In this document: positions 52,536-64,000 of the stretch, piece after piece
Position numbering within the stretch: position 1 is the stretch's first letter
Layout of the letters: each line of letters starts with the position of its first letter
From: Octopus vulgaris
Taxonomy: Eukaryota
NCBI GenBank assembly: GCA_951406725.2
Contig: OX597822.1
Coordinates: forward strand, 57,288,001 to 57,352,000
Direction: 5' to 3'
DNA: 64,000 nucleotides
Position numbers and translations under genes: made by a program
Notes under the pieces: model-generated
Told to the model about the DNA's origin: nothing
Database searches by the model: none
The model's input: only the letters and a program-made list of their open reading frames with translations

Positions 52536-53950
52536 TACAGTTGCGGTCAAAATGTTCAGAACGGCATTGTTTTCATCAGAAAAGTAGGTATAAGTTTTTA
52601 TTTATGTTGTTTTATATTCTATAATTTTCACAGACAATAAATACAATATTATTTGTTATTGTCTGAGATTTTGGTGAAATTTGAGAGGATAATAAAAAAG
52701 TTATGGATGATTTAGTGATTTACTGCAAAACTCATGGCGGCCAAAATGATCAGAAAGGTTGCTTTTACTCCATGTTTTAGTATATTTAACCGTCGAACTC
52801 TAATGTTTTGAGTTTGTTTACGTGACAGTTCGTTTACTAAACATTAGTAAGAATATCTGCAGTGTACTTTGTTAATATAATGCCACTTACTCCGTTACCA
52901 ATTCGTCAGCAGATTATTAAGCTTCGAAAGAAGGATAATTTAAGTATTAGGTCTATTGCAAAGATTAACAAGTCAAAAAGTGTTGTTCACGGTATTCTTA
53001 AGGTCTACGATGATTGTGGTTCGTGTGAAGCAAGAAAGTCTACAGGTAGGCCAAGAAAAACGACCAAGAGAGAAGATCGTGCTATGGTAAAGTTGGTTTA
53101 AAAGGACAGATTTAAAACTGCTGCTGCTGTTTTTCGGGAAATGAGCATTGTACTGAAGAAAACTATCTCGAAAAACTGTGTCTCGTCCTTTAGTTGAACA
53201 TGACCTACAAGCAAGAGCACCTGCAGTGAAGCCACTGATCAGCTCCAAGAATAAAAAGTGTCGTCTTACCTTTGCAACCGAACATGTGTTGTGGTCTCAA
53301 GAAAAATGCCAAACGGTGCATTTCAGTGATGAATCTAAGTCTATGTTATTTGGTTCAGATGGGAAAAGGTACGTTCGTCGAAAAGCAGGTGAAAAATTGT
53401 CACCTAAATACCTTAAGACTAGTGTTAAATTCGATGGAGGAAGTGTCATGGTTTGGGGGATGATATCTGGAGATGTTGTGGGCCCTTTGCTGCGATTACA
53501 TGGAAAGGTAAATGCAGAATTTTATAAACAACTTGTAAAAGATCATGTCTTGCCTGTGCTGAGAAATTCAACTAAGCAACCACCCGTATTCATGCAGGAC
53601 AATCCCCCATGTCACAAGGCTAAGGTGGTCATGAACTTCCTCAAGGCTGGAAAGGTTATTATTATTGATTGGCCTGCTCAAAGCCCAGACCTCAATCCTA
53701 TTGAAAATGTGTGGAATATTCTAGGAGAACGTTTGAAAGCCAGAAATCCTAAAACAACCGAGCAATTATGGAATGCCCTTCAGGAAGAATGGAATAAGAT
53801 AACCCAGCAAGAAATTGAAAATTTAATTTCCCCATGCAGTCAAAAATGTCAAACTTTGATTGAAGCTAAAGGGCTTCACACTAAATATGAAATAATTCCA
53901 GTATTCTCTGTCACTTTTTGATTATTTTGTTATTTTTTTAACCGTTATTA
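52536..53950 (+). mobile_element. Tc1-like transposon; frameshifted DD34E transposase at ~52880-53921; right TIR missing
   Basis: TA+cagttgcggtcaaaatgttcagaacgg terminus, repeated internally at ~52737; FSDESK, MQDNPPCH, WPAQSPDLNPIENVW. Confidence 0.93.
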
Positions 53951-53959
53951 TGTTGTAAG

Positions 53960-56690
53960 AGCTGGGTCAGACAGCTTCTACCTGGTCAAAAACCATGCTG
54001 GGTATCACTCAGCAAGTTATTTTCCTCAAGGAATGCGATTAGTTTCTTTCTGACTATCCGTTCCATGACTTTGCTGATGTCTGAAGTCAGAGAGATAGGC
54101 CTATAGTTTTTGGCATCTGCTCTATTTCCCCCTTTATGTATTGGGCATATTATTCCCTCCTTCAGCTTGCTCTGGAAGAAAGCTCGAAGAAAGCTCTGGA
54201 AGAGAATCTTGAGGGTTTTGCCAGGGCATGCTTATACGCTTTGAGGAGGATTGCTGGGAAACCATCTGGACCAGGAGTTGAGTTTCTGCCCACTTCATCT
54301 ATGGCTAGTAGGACATCTTCACTAATGTCAATACATCTTATTGTAACCGCCTCGCTGGTTATAGGTGAGGCGGCAAAGAAGTCCACTGGTTCGTTCACTT
54401 GTCTGTGTTCCAACGGGGTGGTAAAGACACTTTTGAACTGGTCATTCAGCATGTTACTGATCTTAGTTGGACTGGCTGTGAGGGAGCCATCCTTTTGGAG
54501 GAGGGGTCCTATCTTGTAGTGCACTGAGACTGTTTCTTTCGCGTAATGAAAGAAGGCCTTTGGGTTTGATTTAATATTTTTTATAACCCAAGCTTCTTTG
54601 TCTGCTTTGTCCCTCACATAGGATTGATGCAGCCTTTTTCAATCTCCATCAGTGTTGTTTTTAGGCGGGACCTTTCGCTACTTTTGGGATGTTGGTTGAG
54701 ACGATTTGCAACCTTCGTCCGTCGTCTCATGAGGATCTTTCTAACTCTTGGAATCTTGCTCCTATTTGTTTTGGCCTTGTGCTCTGGGACATATTTCTGA
54801 CATACGGCTTGCACAGAAGACATGAAACATTCTAGTTTCATGTCAATGTCTGGTGTGGAGAGACATTCCAGCCAATCCTCTCTGAGGATCTCTTTTTGGA
54901 TCGATTTCCAATCTGCTTTGTGGAAGTTCAGATTTGAGAGATTTTGGGTGCTTCCTTTAGGCTGTATCTCTCTGGTTACTTTTGGCCCAAACATAGACAA
55001 CTTTATTATGTTGTGATCCGAAACTAATGTCGGTGTCACTTTCATATCATGAATGATGTCCATATTGTTCGTGAAGCAGAGATCCAGAATGTTATTCACC
55101 CTAGTTGGTTTGAGTACAACTTGCTCCATGAATAAGGCGTTGGTGAGGTTGAGCAGGGACTCCACCTGCACTTGCTTGCAATGATTCATTCCTGAGAGTA
55201 TGAGACCTTCAGGCCATTTGACGTTGGGGAAGTTGAAATCACTCATAAGAAATATGGTCAAGTGGTGTTCCAGATTCATGAGGATTTCTTTAATTCTTGT
55301 GAGGCAATCTTCAAACTTGCCTATGTGATTTGGGGCATCCGGTGGGCAATATGTATTGCATATGACTATATTATGTTGTCTTATGTATACAATTAAAGTG
55401 TCACATACCGAATTTGAGTATGTCATTAAGACCTGGGGTGTGAGGTCATTCGGATGTATACAGCAACTCCACCATGGCTCCTTTCCCTTCTGTCTGTTCG
55501 CAGTATGGCATAGTTTGGCATGTGTACTTCTGCGTCTTCTATATCAGAGTTGAGGTGAGTTTCCACGAGTACTATACATAGGGCTTGATTGCATGCAGTA
55601 AGATCTCTCAGGAAAGAAATTTTGTTTCTACTTTGATGCAACAGGCCCCCAATATTTAGTAAAAGTATTGGGGTGACGGCTGTGCAGGCGTTAGGGGAGG
55701 CCATCCTGTGTCTGTTGACTGTGGTGGTCTTGCATAGTGGTGGGCAGGGTTCCTTCTCTGTGCTTGGTGTAGCCAGGTTAGCTGCTGGACAATTCTTTGT
55801 GCCATGCATAAAAAAGACTCTTGCTCAGCTGCTGCGTTGCGCAGAACATCTGAGGAGCGCACTTCTTTTTTGAAAGTTTTCCTGGGAGATATTTCTTGCC
55901 TTCCCTCAGTAAAGCTCTTTTCTTTGAGTCCCCTGAAGTTCTGGCGGGGTGTCGGGTGGGCGAACCGGCAGTTTTTGCCGTCCTTCCCATGCCAACATTT
56001 GCCCCGCAGGTAGAATTTACAGGTTCTTCGGTGCCTTCCATATTTCTTCTTTCCTGAGGTGTACTGGGTGGCATTGGATCCTCCATGGGGTTCTCTGCTG
56101 TTTGTGTGGTGGGTTAGGGTTTCAGCTTTGGTTGTTTTGCCTTTTCTTCCCTTTCCCTCCTTATTTTTGTTTTCGGTCTTTCCTTTTTTCTTCTGTTTTT
56201 CTAATTTCTCATTTCTTTGTAGAACCACTGGTACAGGGGGCTTCCGGTTTCTGCTCCCTTGGCTCCCCTATCCTTCACTACCTGGTCGTTCACCGATGTA
56301 GGTGATCCATTTTCCTGAGGAACCCCTGGATCACAGAGACTTCCGGCTTCCTTCTCTTTATCGTCCTCTTCATCCTCATCAGCCTTGCCACAATAATTTT
56401 CAATTATATTATCCAATGTTTTGATGTGTTTTGATAAATTCGCCTTTTTTTTCATTCTATTTGGTCAATGGTTCTATGAAATCCATTGTTCTTTAGCGTG
56501 GTAGTGATGATGCTGTTCGGCGGATCGCCACTAGAAATTGTCCATGCTCTAAGCAGAAGATCTAACTCTTTCTTTTCCCACTTTGATGCCATCTTCGTTT
56601 TGAAGTACAGAGGGGGAGTAGAGGCTAGAGAGGTAATGAGGGATAGAGAGAGGTAGAGACGGAGAAACATAGAGGGGGGAAATAGGGGAA
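53960..56690 (-). mobile_element. APE-type LINE (Proto2-like) 5' part: ORF1 with CCCH zinc finger, endonuclease, start of RT
   Basis: CKFYLRGKCWHGKDGKNCRFAHP; LVETHL, RTDR...HGGVAVY, SDFNFP, NILDLCF, SDHNII, PGPDGFP; frameshifts. Confidence 0.85.
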
Positions 56691-58263
56691 GAGAGAGGGA
56701 GATAGGAAGGAAAGAGAGAGGTGCTATGAAAGAAATCGAGAGGGTGATAGGAGGAAAGCAAGGGGGTGTGGTGTGTTAAAGAGATAGAGGGTAGGGGAAG
56801 GGGAGAGGAGGGGAATAGAAGGAGAGACAGAGTGAAGGAGAAGAGGGGAAGAGAAAGAGAGGCAGAGGGGGAGAGGATAGCAAGAGAAAGAGAGACAGAG
56901 TGAAGGAGAGACAGGATGAAGGATGTGACAGAGAGGGAGAGACGGAGTGAGAAGAATGGGCGAATGAGAAGTATATGAGAGAGAGGGTGAGGTGACGAGA
57001 GGAGAGGTAGATGTGAGATGGAAAGGAAAGAGAAATGAGAGAAGAGGAGGATATGAAAGGGAGGGAGAGAGATGAGAAAAAGAGTAAGATATGCAAGAGA
57101 GAGGAAAAAGGTAAGCGTAAAGAGAGATAAAGGAAGGGAGAAAGGAGCTGGAAGTGGGGGAGTATATGTAAGGGAGGGGAGAGGAGGTAGAAGAGAGTGA
57201 GGAAATGAAAGAATTATTTAATTCTAAACTAATTACGATTATATTTCTCAGTCGTTAGCTTAAATTACATGAAAATAAACATATGAAAAGGATTTTTAAA
57301 TATTAGTTTTATAGAGATAGAATGAAATTACGATAAAATTACGATTATATTTCTAGCTCAGTCGTAGCTTACATGAAAATAAACAAATGAAAAGAATTTT
57401 TAAATATTAGTTTTATAGAGATGAAATGAAAGATAGATTGAAAGCGAAACAGAAATTGAAAGAAAGTTATTCTCAGAATGTAAACAAAGATGGCGTCGTA
57501 AATCGTAACTGAGATGTTAGCTTACATTAAAGGAAAATAAAAGATTAATAAACAAACAACTGGAAGCGATACTTATCGTAAAAGGTACAGTCCAAACCCT
57601 CGTGCTTGTACGAAGAAGTTTTCTTTCAAAACAGAAAAGAGAACAATTCTTTTTCCTTCTTACATTTGGCTGGAGATATATTAAAGACTTGCCACCACGT
57701 GCTTTTTCGGTGAAGAATCTAGCATGCGTAACTAACTTTAATGTATTATATTTGGCTTCAAGTGAAATATATTACGTTTTTAATTAATATATTTTTAATT
57801 AATGTATTTTAATAGATCGTCATGAGTTAACAAGTTCTACGTTTTGTTAGTTTTAGTAGATTATTTCGTCGATTTATGCAAATCTTTTTGTTTTTTCACA
57901 GAGTAAAAGCAAACGCGTCTTTCCTCTACGAAAACCGGAAGTAATATCCATATATATATATGAATGAATTTCGCTTAACGAAATGATGTAATAGGTATGT
58001 GTGATAAGTGCTCGGGTTTATTTACCACTAAAACTCTGACTTGAACTGCAACTAAAATAAAAGTGGTGTTGTAGCTGCCTAGCAAAGAATGGCTATAAGT
58101 GGTTCATCTGCTGACCAGGTAGGTATATATTAGAAAAAAATGAATGAACTAGCAAAACATATGGTATCACTTTAGAGCATGTAATTAATAATTCCAACAT
58201 AATTTCAGAATTGTAAATGTCAACGAGATTGTAAATAAGGGATTAAAAAATAATGCATAAAGT

Positions 58264-58357
58264 CTCTTACGTCTGTTTCTAGAATAGTTGTGCACATGGT
58301 GCATAGGTCATTGAAGAAGGATTTCCATATAAGCCAACTATACTATCTTCAGAGGAG
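58264..58357 (-). ncRNA. type I hammerhead ribozyme, intact core, weak stem I
   Basis: CU-CUGAAGA-UAGUAUAGUUG...CAACUAUUCUA-GAAAC-AGAC-GUA-AG. Confidence 0.75.
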
Positions 58358-58459
58358 TAGAATATCTTAATAAAGGATATTAGTAGTTACAGGTTTTATT
58401 GTCGACGAATTAAGCAACACCCACCGTAAAAGATAATAATAGTTACCAGCTCCAGTGTC

Positions 58460-58508
<49 letters not shown>

Positions 58509-58511
58509 GTT

Positions 58512-58851
<340 letters not shown>

Positions 58852-59059
58852 CACGTGTCAGACAACGGAAGGATCACAGAGCAACGTGAAATGAAGTGTT
58901 TTGCTGAAAAACATATTGCAGCTACCGATCTGGAAACCGAAACTTCGATCTCGCAATCATGAGTGCAACACATTAACCACTAAACCATGCGTTGAGATTA
59001 ACTACACCACTACGTGGCAACGAATACGTCACACCAACATATAAGTTAGCCAAGTCGAT

Positions 59060-60300
59060 ATACAAAAAATATTAAATACATTAAATACAAGAAATTTACA
59101 AATGTATATATAAAAAAAGTTGGACTTACACATCCAAATGCTAAATCGTCAACCTCCTTAGCAACGTATATGCACAACCTCAAATCCCCAAATAATCCAT
59201 ACTATTCTGGTCCATAATAAGCGAAGTTCCTCAATACAATGCAAATATCGGCAAGTGTAAGTTATGTTTAAATGAATTGTTAACCATTTTTCGTCTTCAT
59301 GATTCCTCATTACTTAAATAGACTCTGTTATTTATTCTTGTAAACACAGGTACTACTCATCTTTCACACACTTCACCAAATCTATATAATCCCATAATAA
59401 GTTTCTATACTAAATAAACCATAAACCAAGACAGTCAGCCTTGTAACCTACTACTTAAAAATACTAACCCCTCCTACTCCCTCTCATACACACCTCCAAT
59501 TTCTTCCAAATTCTTCAAATCAACTACTGTTAGCCTTCACCAGTCTTAAAAAGTACTTAACAATACCCCACCTCTTTGAAGACTAACCAATCTACCTCTA
59601 CTCCCTCCCTACTCACACCCCTCTATTCAATTCCATACTCCTCTATTGACCATAAGAACCCACTCTACCCCCTCCAATACCAACAGAGTTCCTTTATCCC
59701 ACTAACAACTACTTTTGACCACCTTCTCACCCTCCAGCTACTGAACCAGTCAACTCATTTCCCTCAAATTATAACCATGCCTGTTTCTCTATCTCAACCT
59801 TTAACCCTACAGCCTTCATACAAACTAACACAAAGGTCATCATTCACATACTAGCTAAACCACCCTTCCTCCTCCCTCTCACCTTCAACCTCTACTACTC
59901 TCACTAGCCTCATTATTAACCTTAACCCCAAAATCTATTTTCTCCTCCCACTACTCTCGATCTAAACACCTCCCCCAACTCATCTTTCTAATACACTTAG
60001 TTCTCCACAAAAACATTTCATCTTTAATCTCCATTCTGTCAACACCTCAAATGTAAAATTCTTCCCAGAAGACGAAGGCTGATAGTATCCGATGATGGAA
60101 TCAAGCTACAAGCATTATTTTGGACCACAAAACCCACAGAAACAGCTGTTGGACTCGTAAACTCCTACTCATTCTCCTTATTTCCATTCTATGTAAGTCG
60201 GACTTTCCATTCTGTATAAGTCGAACTTTTTTATATACATACATATGTACATTTTCTGTATTAAATGTATTTATTTATTTATTTTTATATCGACAAGCCT
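59060..60300 (+). mobile_element. PLE 3' fragment (Hydra-like endonuclease end plus pLTR) with degenerate hammerhead at 60063-60153
   Basis: STSLATYMHNLK, GKCKLCLNE, SCKH; UCC-CAGAAGA...GAAAC-AGCU-GUU-GGA. Confidence 0.72.
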
Positions 60301-60412
60301 AACGTGCTTGTCTTTATATTTACTCCTCTATCTGTTCAAGTTCAAATCTGTTGAGCACTACGAAGTGTATTCTATACAGATAATACCTATCTCTAAGCTA
60401 TAAACTTTACAC

Positions 60413-60454
<42 letters not shown>

Positions 60455-60457
<3 letters not shown>

Positions 60458-60759
60458 GAGATCACGTTACCGACCAGGCTATCAGATGTTGCTGCACATC
60501 GCTGGTCACAATGCGCTTAGCATTGTTTTAGCCTTCAAATGACGCCACCCCGCTGGCTAAGCGAGCAAGCCAACAGAAGAGAGAGTGAGAGAAAGTTGCG
60601 GCGAAAGAGTACAGCAGGGATCGCTACCACCTCCTGCCGGAGCCTCGTGGAACTTTAGGTGTTTTCGCTCAATAAACACTCACAACGCTCGGTCTGGGAA
60701 TCGAAACCGCGATCCTACAACCGGGAGTCCGCTGCCCTTACCACTGGGCCATTGCGCCT

Positions 60760-60762
<3 letters not shown>
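60455..60762 (-). mobile_element. tRNA-derived SINE
   Basis: Same head as 51956-52344 but a different tail. Confidence 0.85.
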
Positions 60763-60840
<78 letters not shown>

Positions 60841-61604
60841 TTTGAGATGGGCGATTCTTTCTTGTCTTGGGATTCACGGTCAAACAGCTCGGTGGAATTG
60901 CGTGAGAAATTACACAGATGTGGTGATGATGGGTTTTGTACTTTTCATAGCTCCCATGGTTATCGAGATGATCTACTATAATAATACTCTTGTGTTTATG
61001 AATGAGAAAGGAAGGGGTGATAGATGAATAAGGAAGGAAGGGGTGATATCATACTTGGTAGTGGGATGATGAAAATTGTACGCTGAAAAATAAATCAAAC
61101 AGCGTTTCAACTCTGTGAATATATGTGTTTATGTAAAAGGGGGTATGTGAATGTATGTGTGCGTGTGTGTGTGTGTGTGCGTGTGTGTGTATGTGCGTGT
61201 GTGTGTGTGTGCATGTTTGTGTGTTTGTGTGCGTGTGTGTGTTTGTGTGCGTGTGCGTGTGCGCGCGCAATAGAAGTGTGACGGTTCATCTTTGTTCGCT
61301 TAGTATTTGGGTTTATTTTTTTTATTTTTTTAAATCTTGGTTGTTGTTTTTTGTTGATCAGTTATTTTTAGCGTTTTTACAGAATAAAGTCATTCTAAAA
61401 TTGTTTTTTTAACGTAAGCGTGCCGAAACAAGTCGAATACTTACATAGAGTAGGTTTTACAGCCACATCACCCAAACCGACCGGGTGAAACCGGTCTTAG
61501 CTACTAGTATATATATATAATCGAATAAGTTGACAAGCTTTATACTGTACTCTATTACGTTCTTAACAGAATATAACCTAACTATATATATATATATATA
61601 TATC

Positions 61605-61674
<70 letters not shown>

Positions 61675-61681
61675 TATATAC

Positions 61682-61872
61682 AAAATTTAGAGGAATGACC
61701 ACTAAAGTGGACACCTTTTATGCTAAACATAGACGTCAAATCGCCATTACCACGAAGAATGTGTTCTCTTGAGAACACATTCTTCGTGGTGATGTAACAC
61801 AATTTTTAATCTTCGGATTTTTTTTAATATGCTAACCCACTGGTTTTAATTGATTAATATCAATTTCTACCC
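61682..61872 (+). mobile_element. short member of the 4480-4790 hairpin family
   Basis: Shares both segments with 4490-4660; 20-bp arms 61749-61768 / 61771-61790. Confidence 0.8.
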
Positions 61873-62842
61873 ACTTGCCCTTACCTCTCCAACACCACCC
61901 GCCTCACTAGCACCCACCATCGACCCTATCCCATCATCCACTCCTTCACCTGCACCTCCAGCAATATTATCTATTGCATCTCTTGCTCTCTCTGCAATTC
62001 CTTGTACATCGGACAAACGGGACGCCGCTTGGCTGACCGGTTCGCGGAACACCTTCGTGACATCCACCTTGCGAACGACACACCGGTCTCACGCCATTTC
62101 CGCTCCACCGGTCACTCCTTGCAACACCTATCTGTGTTCGGTTTGTCCTTACACAGAGGCCATCCGGATTCCCGTTTGCGCCGTGAACAGGAATTAATCT
62201 TCTCTCTTCGCTCTTATACGCCATTTGGTCTCAACTCTCCCCCCTCCTCATCTAACCCCCCTCTCCCCCTCCTCACCTATCCTTTCCCCCGACCCCTACT
62301 TCTTCAGTCCTTCATCCTTTCACCCCTACTCCCCTTCCCTTCTTCCCTCTTTCTCCCTCCCTCTTCCCCTTCCCTCTGCTCCCTCACTCCCTCTCTCCCC
62401 TTCTCTCTCCCCTTCTCTCTCCCCCTCTCCCCCTTTCCTCCTTCATCCCCCCCTCCTCCCCTTCCTTCTCCTCCATCCTCTCCTCTCCCCCCTCTCCTCC
62501 CCCTCTACTTCCCCTCCCCTTCTCTCCCCCTCTTCTCCCCCTCCTCCTCTTCTCCTCACTACACCACATGACTTTACACATCACATCACATATGATGTGC
62601 CATACTAATACATACACCAACTAATACATACTAATACGTTCTAATACATACTAGTACATACTAATACATACACCAACCCTATACATACACACGTCCAGAC
62701 CCTGCATACGCACTTATACTCTCTCATACACACACACACTTATACATACTAATACGTACTAATACATACTAATACATACTAATACATACACCAACCCGAT
62801 ACATACGCACGTCCAGACCAATCCTACGCACTAATACTCTCT

Positions 62843-62887
<45 letters not shown>

Positions 62888-63250
62888 ATACATACTAATA
62901 CATACACCAACCCTATACATACACACATCCAGACCCCTCCTACGCACTATTAGCTAGTCCCTCAACCCTATTATCTCCCCTTATTTCGCTCTCGCGTCTC
63001 ATGTTTGATCTTTGACCTCTGGCCGAAATCAGATCGCCATGTTGATTCGTTAGCTACTGCACGCATTTTTATTTCTCTCCTTCTTTCTGTGTTTTTTTTC
63101 TCTCTCTGTATCTTTCTGTTGAAGAGCGTAGGCTCGAAACGTTAAAGACTTGTTTTATTTATATTTCCTGAGCGCCATACTAATACAATTGTTCGTTTGT
63201 TTTCCACCTGCCTTCGTCTTTTGTCTATTTTCATAAAGCTTCCCGTTATA
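61873..63250 (+). mobile_element. Penelope/Poseidon-type 3' fragment (GIY-YIG plus pLTR)
   Basis: FTCTSSNIIYCISCSLCNSLYIGQTGRRLADRFAEH...RLRREQELIFSLRSYTPFGLN. Confidence 0.92.
63111..63148 (+). ncRNA. minimal hammerhead variant (CUGUUGA core)
   Basis: UCUUU-CUGUUGA-A-GAGC-GUAG-GCUC-GAAAC-GUU-AAAGA. Confidence 0.65.
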
Positions 63251-64000
63251 TATTATGCGCTCACGTGGTCTCACTTTCATCCTATATTCTACCAATACCA
63301 CTATCAACACTTACCTCTACCTTGGATTTTCTTTACCTCTTGGATACTTACCATTGGCTGCACCTCTCTTTCGCGGATCAAAGTGACTTTGCATTGATGT
63401 GAAATCCTTAAAAAATATGCCACGACGTCTACACATTTCTCACCTTGAACTTTCAACCTTGAACTTGTTCGCATAAACTGTCCCGTTTGTTGTATTTTTA
63501 TTTTCTCTTATGTTACCACTTTTTTTACATTCATTTCATGCTTTCCACATTTTCCTGAATTTTTGTTCTCCTTTCCGTCTTTCTTCCCTCTCTGGATGTC
63601 CATACTCCGTTTCCTCTGCCTGCACCCCCCCCCCTTTTTTTGCCTCCCCCTTCTCTGTGCTTTCCTTTTTTCTTTCCCTTTTCCGTTTGCCCCGTCTTTT
63701 CTGCCCCCATCGCTTACTTATCTAGTTTTTTCATACGATTATTATTTTTTTGTTTTTTTGAACGTTTGTTTTTTCCCCTTTTTTCGCTATCCTTTTTTTC
63801 TATTTTTTTCATACGATAATTTTTTTTTTTTTTTTTTTTCGAACGTTTTTTTTCCGCTATCCCATCATGCCGGATCCTAGGTCCTACCTCCTCACCCTCC
63901 ATCACCGTTTGAAGGATCATCTCCATTCGCTTCCTGTATATTGCCTTCAGCCGTCCGTTAATCTCTCTCTACTTCTTTTTAAAAAAAACCGCTTCTCTAG

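Noticed and set aside
56690-57200. Ser/Leu/Pro-rich ORFs (also at 62240-62560)
   Set aside because: Purine/pyrimidine low-complexity tracts in TE untranslated regions

Overview
AT-rich, microsatellite-saturated metazoan DNA. The tRNA-derived CORE/Meta-type SINEs and the (TA)n/(CA)n/(GATA)n load look like an octopus or other coleoid cephalopod (inference). No complete host gene can be read. Most of the window is nested, decayed transposable elements: several Penelope-like elements (PLEs; Hydra-like and Poseidon-like GIY-YIG types), RTE, R4/Dong, Tx1, CR1-group and Proto2-like LINEs, Tc1/mariner/maT, hAT, Helitron and Gypsy remnants, and many SINEs. The most striking signal is non-coding. About 18 type-I hammerhead-ribozyme motifs are present, 7 with intact catalytic cores and most with a palindromic stem III. 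There are also about 10 fold-back elements with a 'hairpin plus one-sided tail' layout, nearly all inserted in (TA)n tracts. Together they suggest a (TA)n-targeted, ribozyme-carrying PLE mini-element system. Other notable features: a PLE terminal repeat joining a tRNA-like Pol III head to a hammerhead; a SINE that shares its 3' tail with a (GATA)n-embedded Tx1 LINE and inserts as multimers; and two homologous 89-nt AG/GT-bounded candidate exons that differ mostly at non-synonymous sites. Everything was read by eye. Element boundaries are approximate and family names are motif-based.
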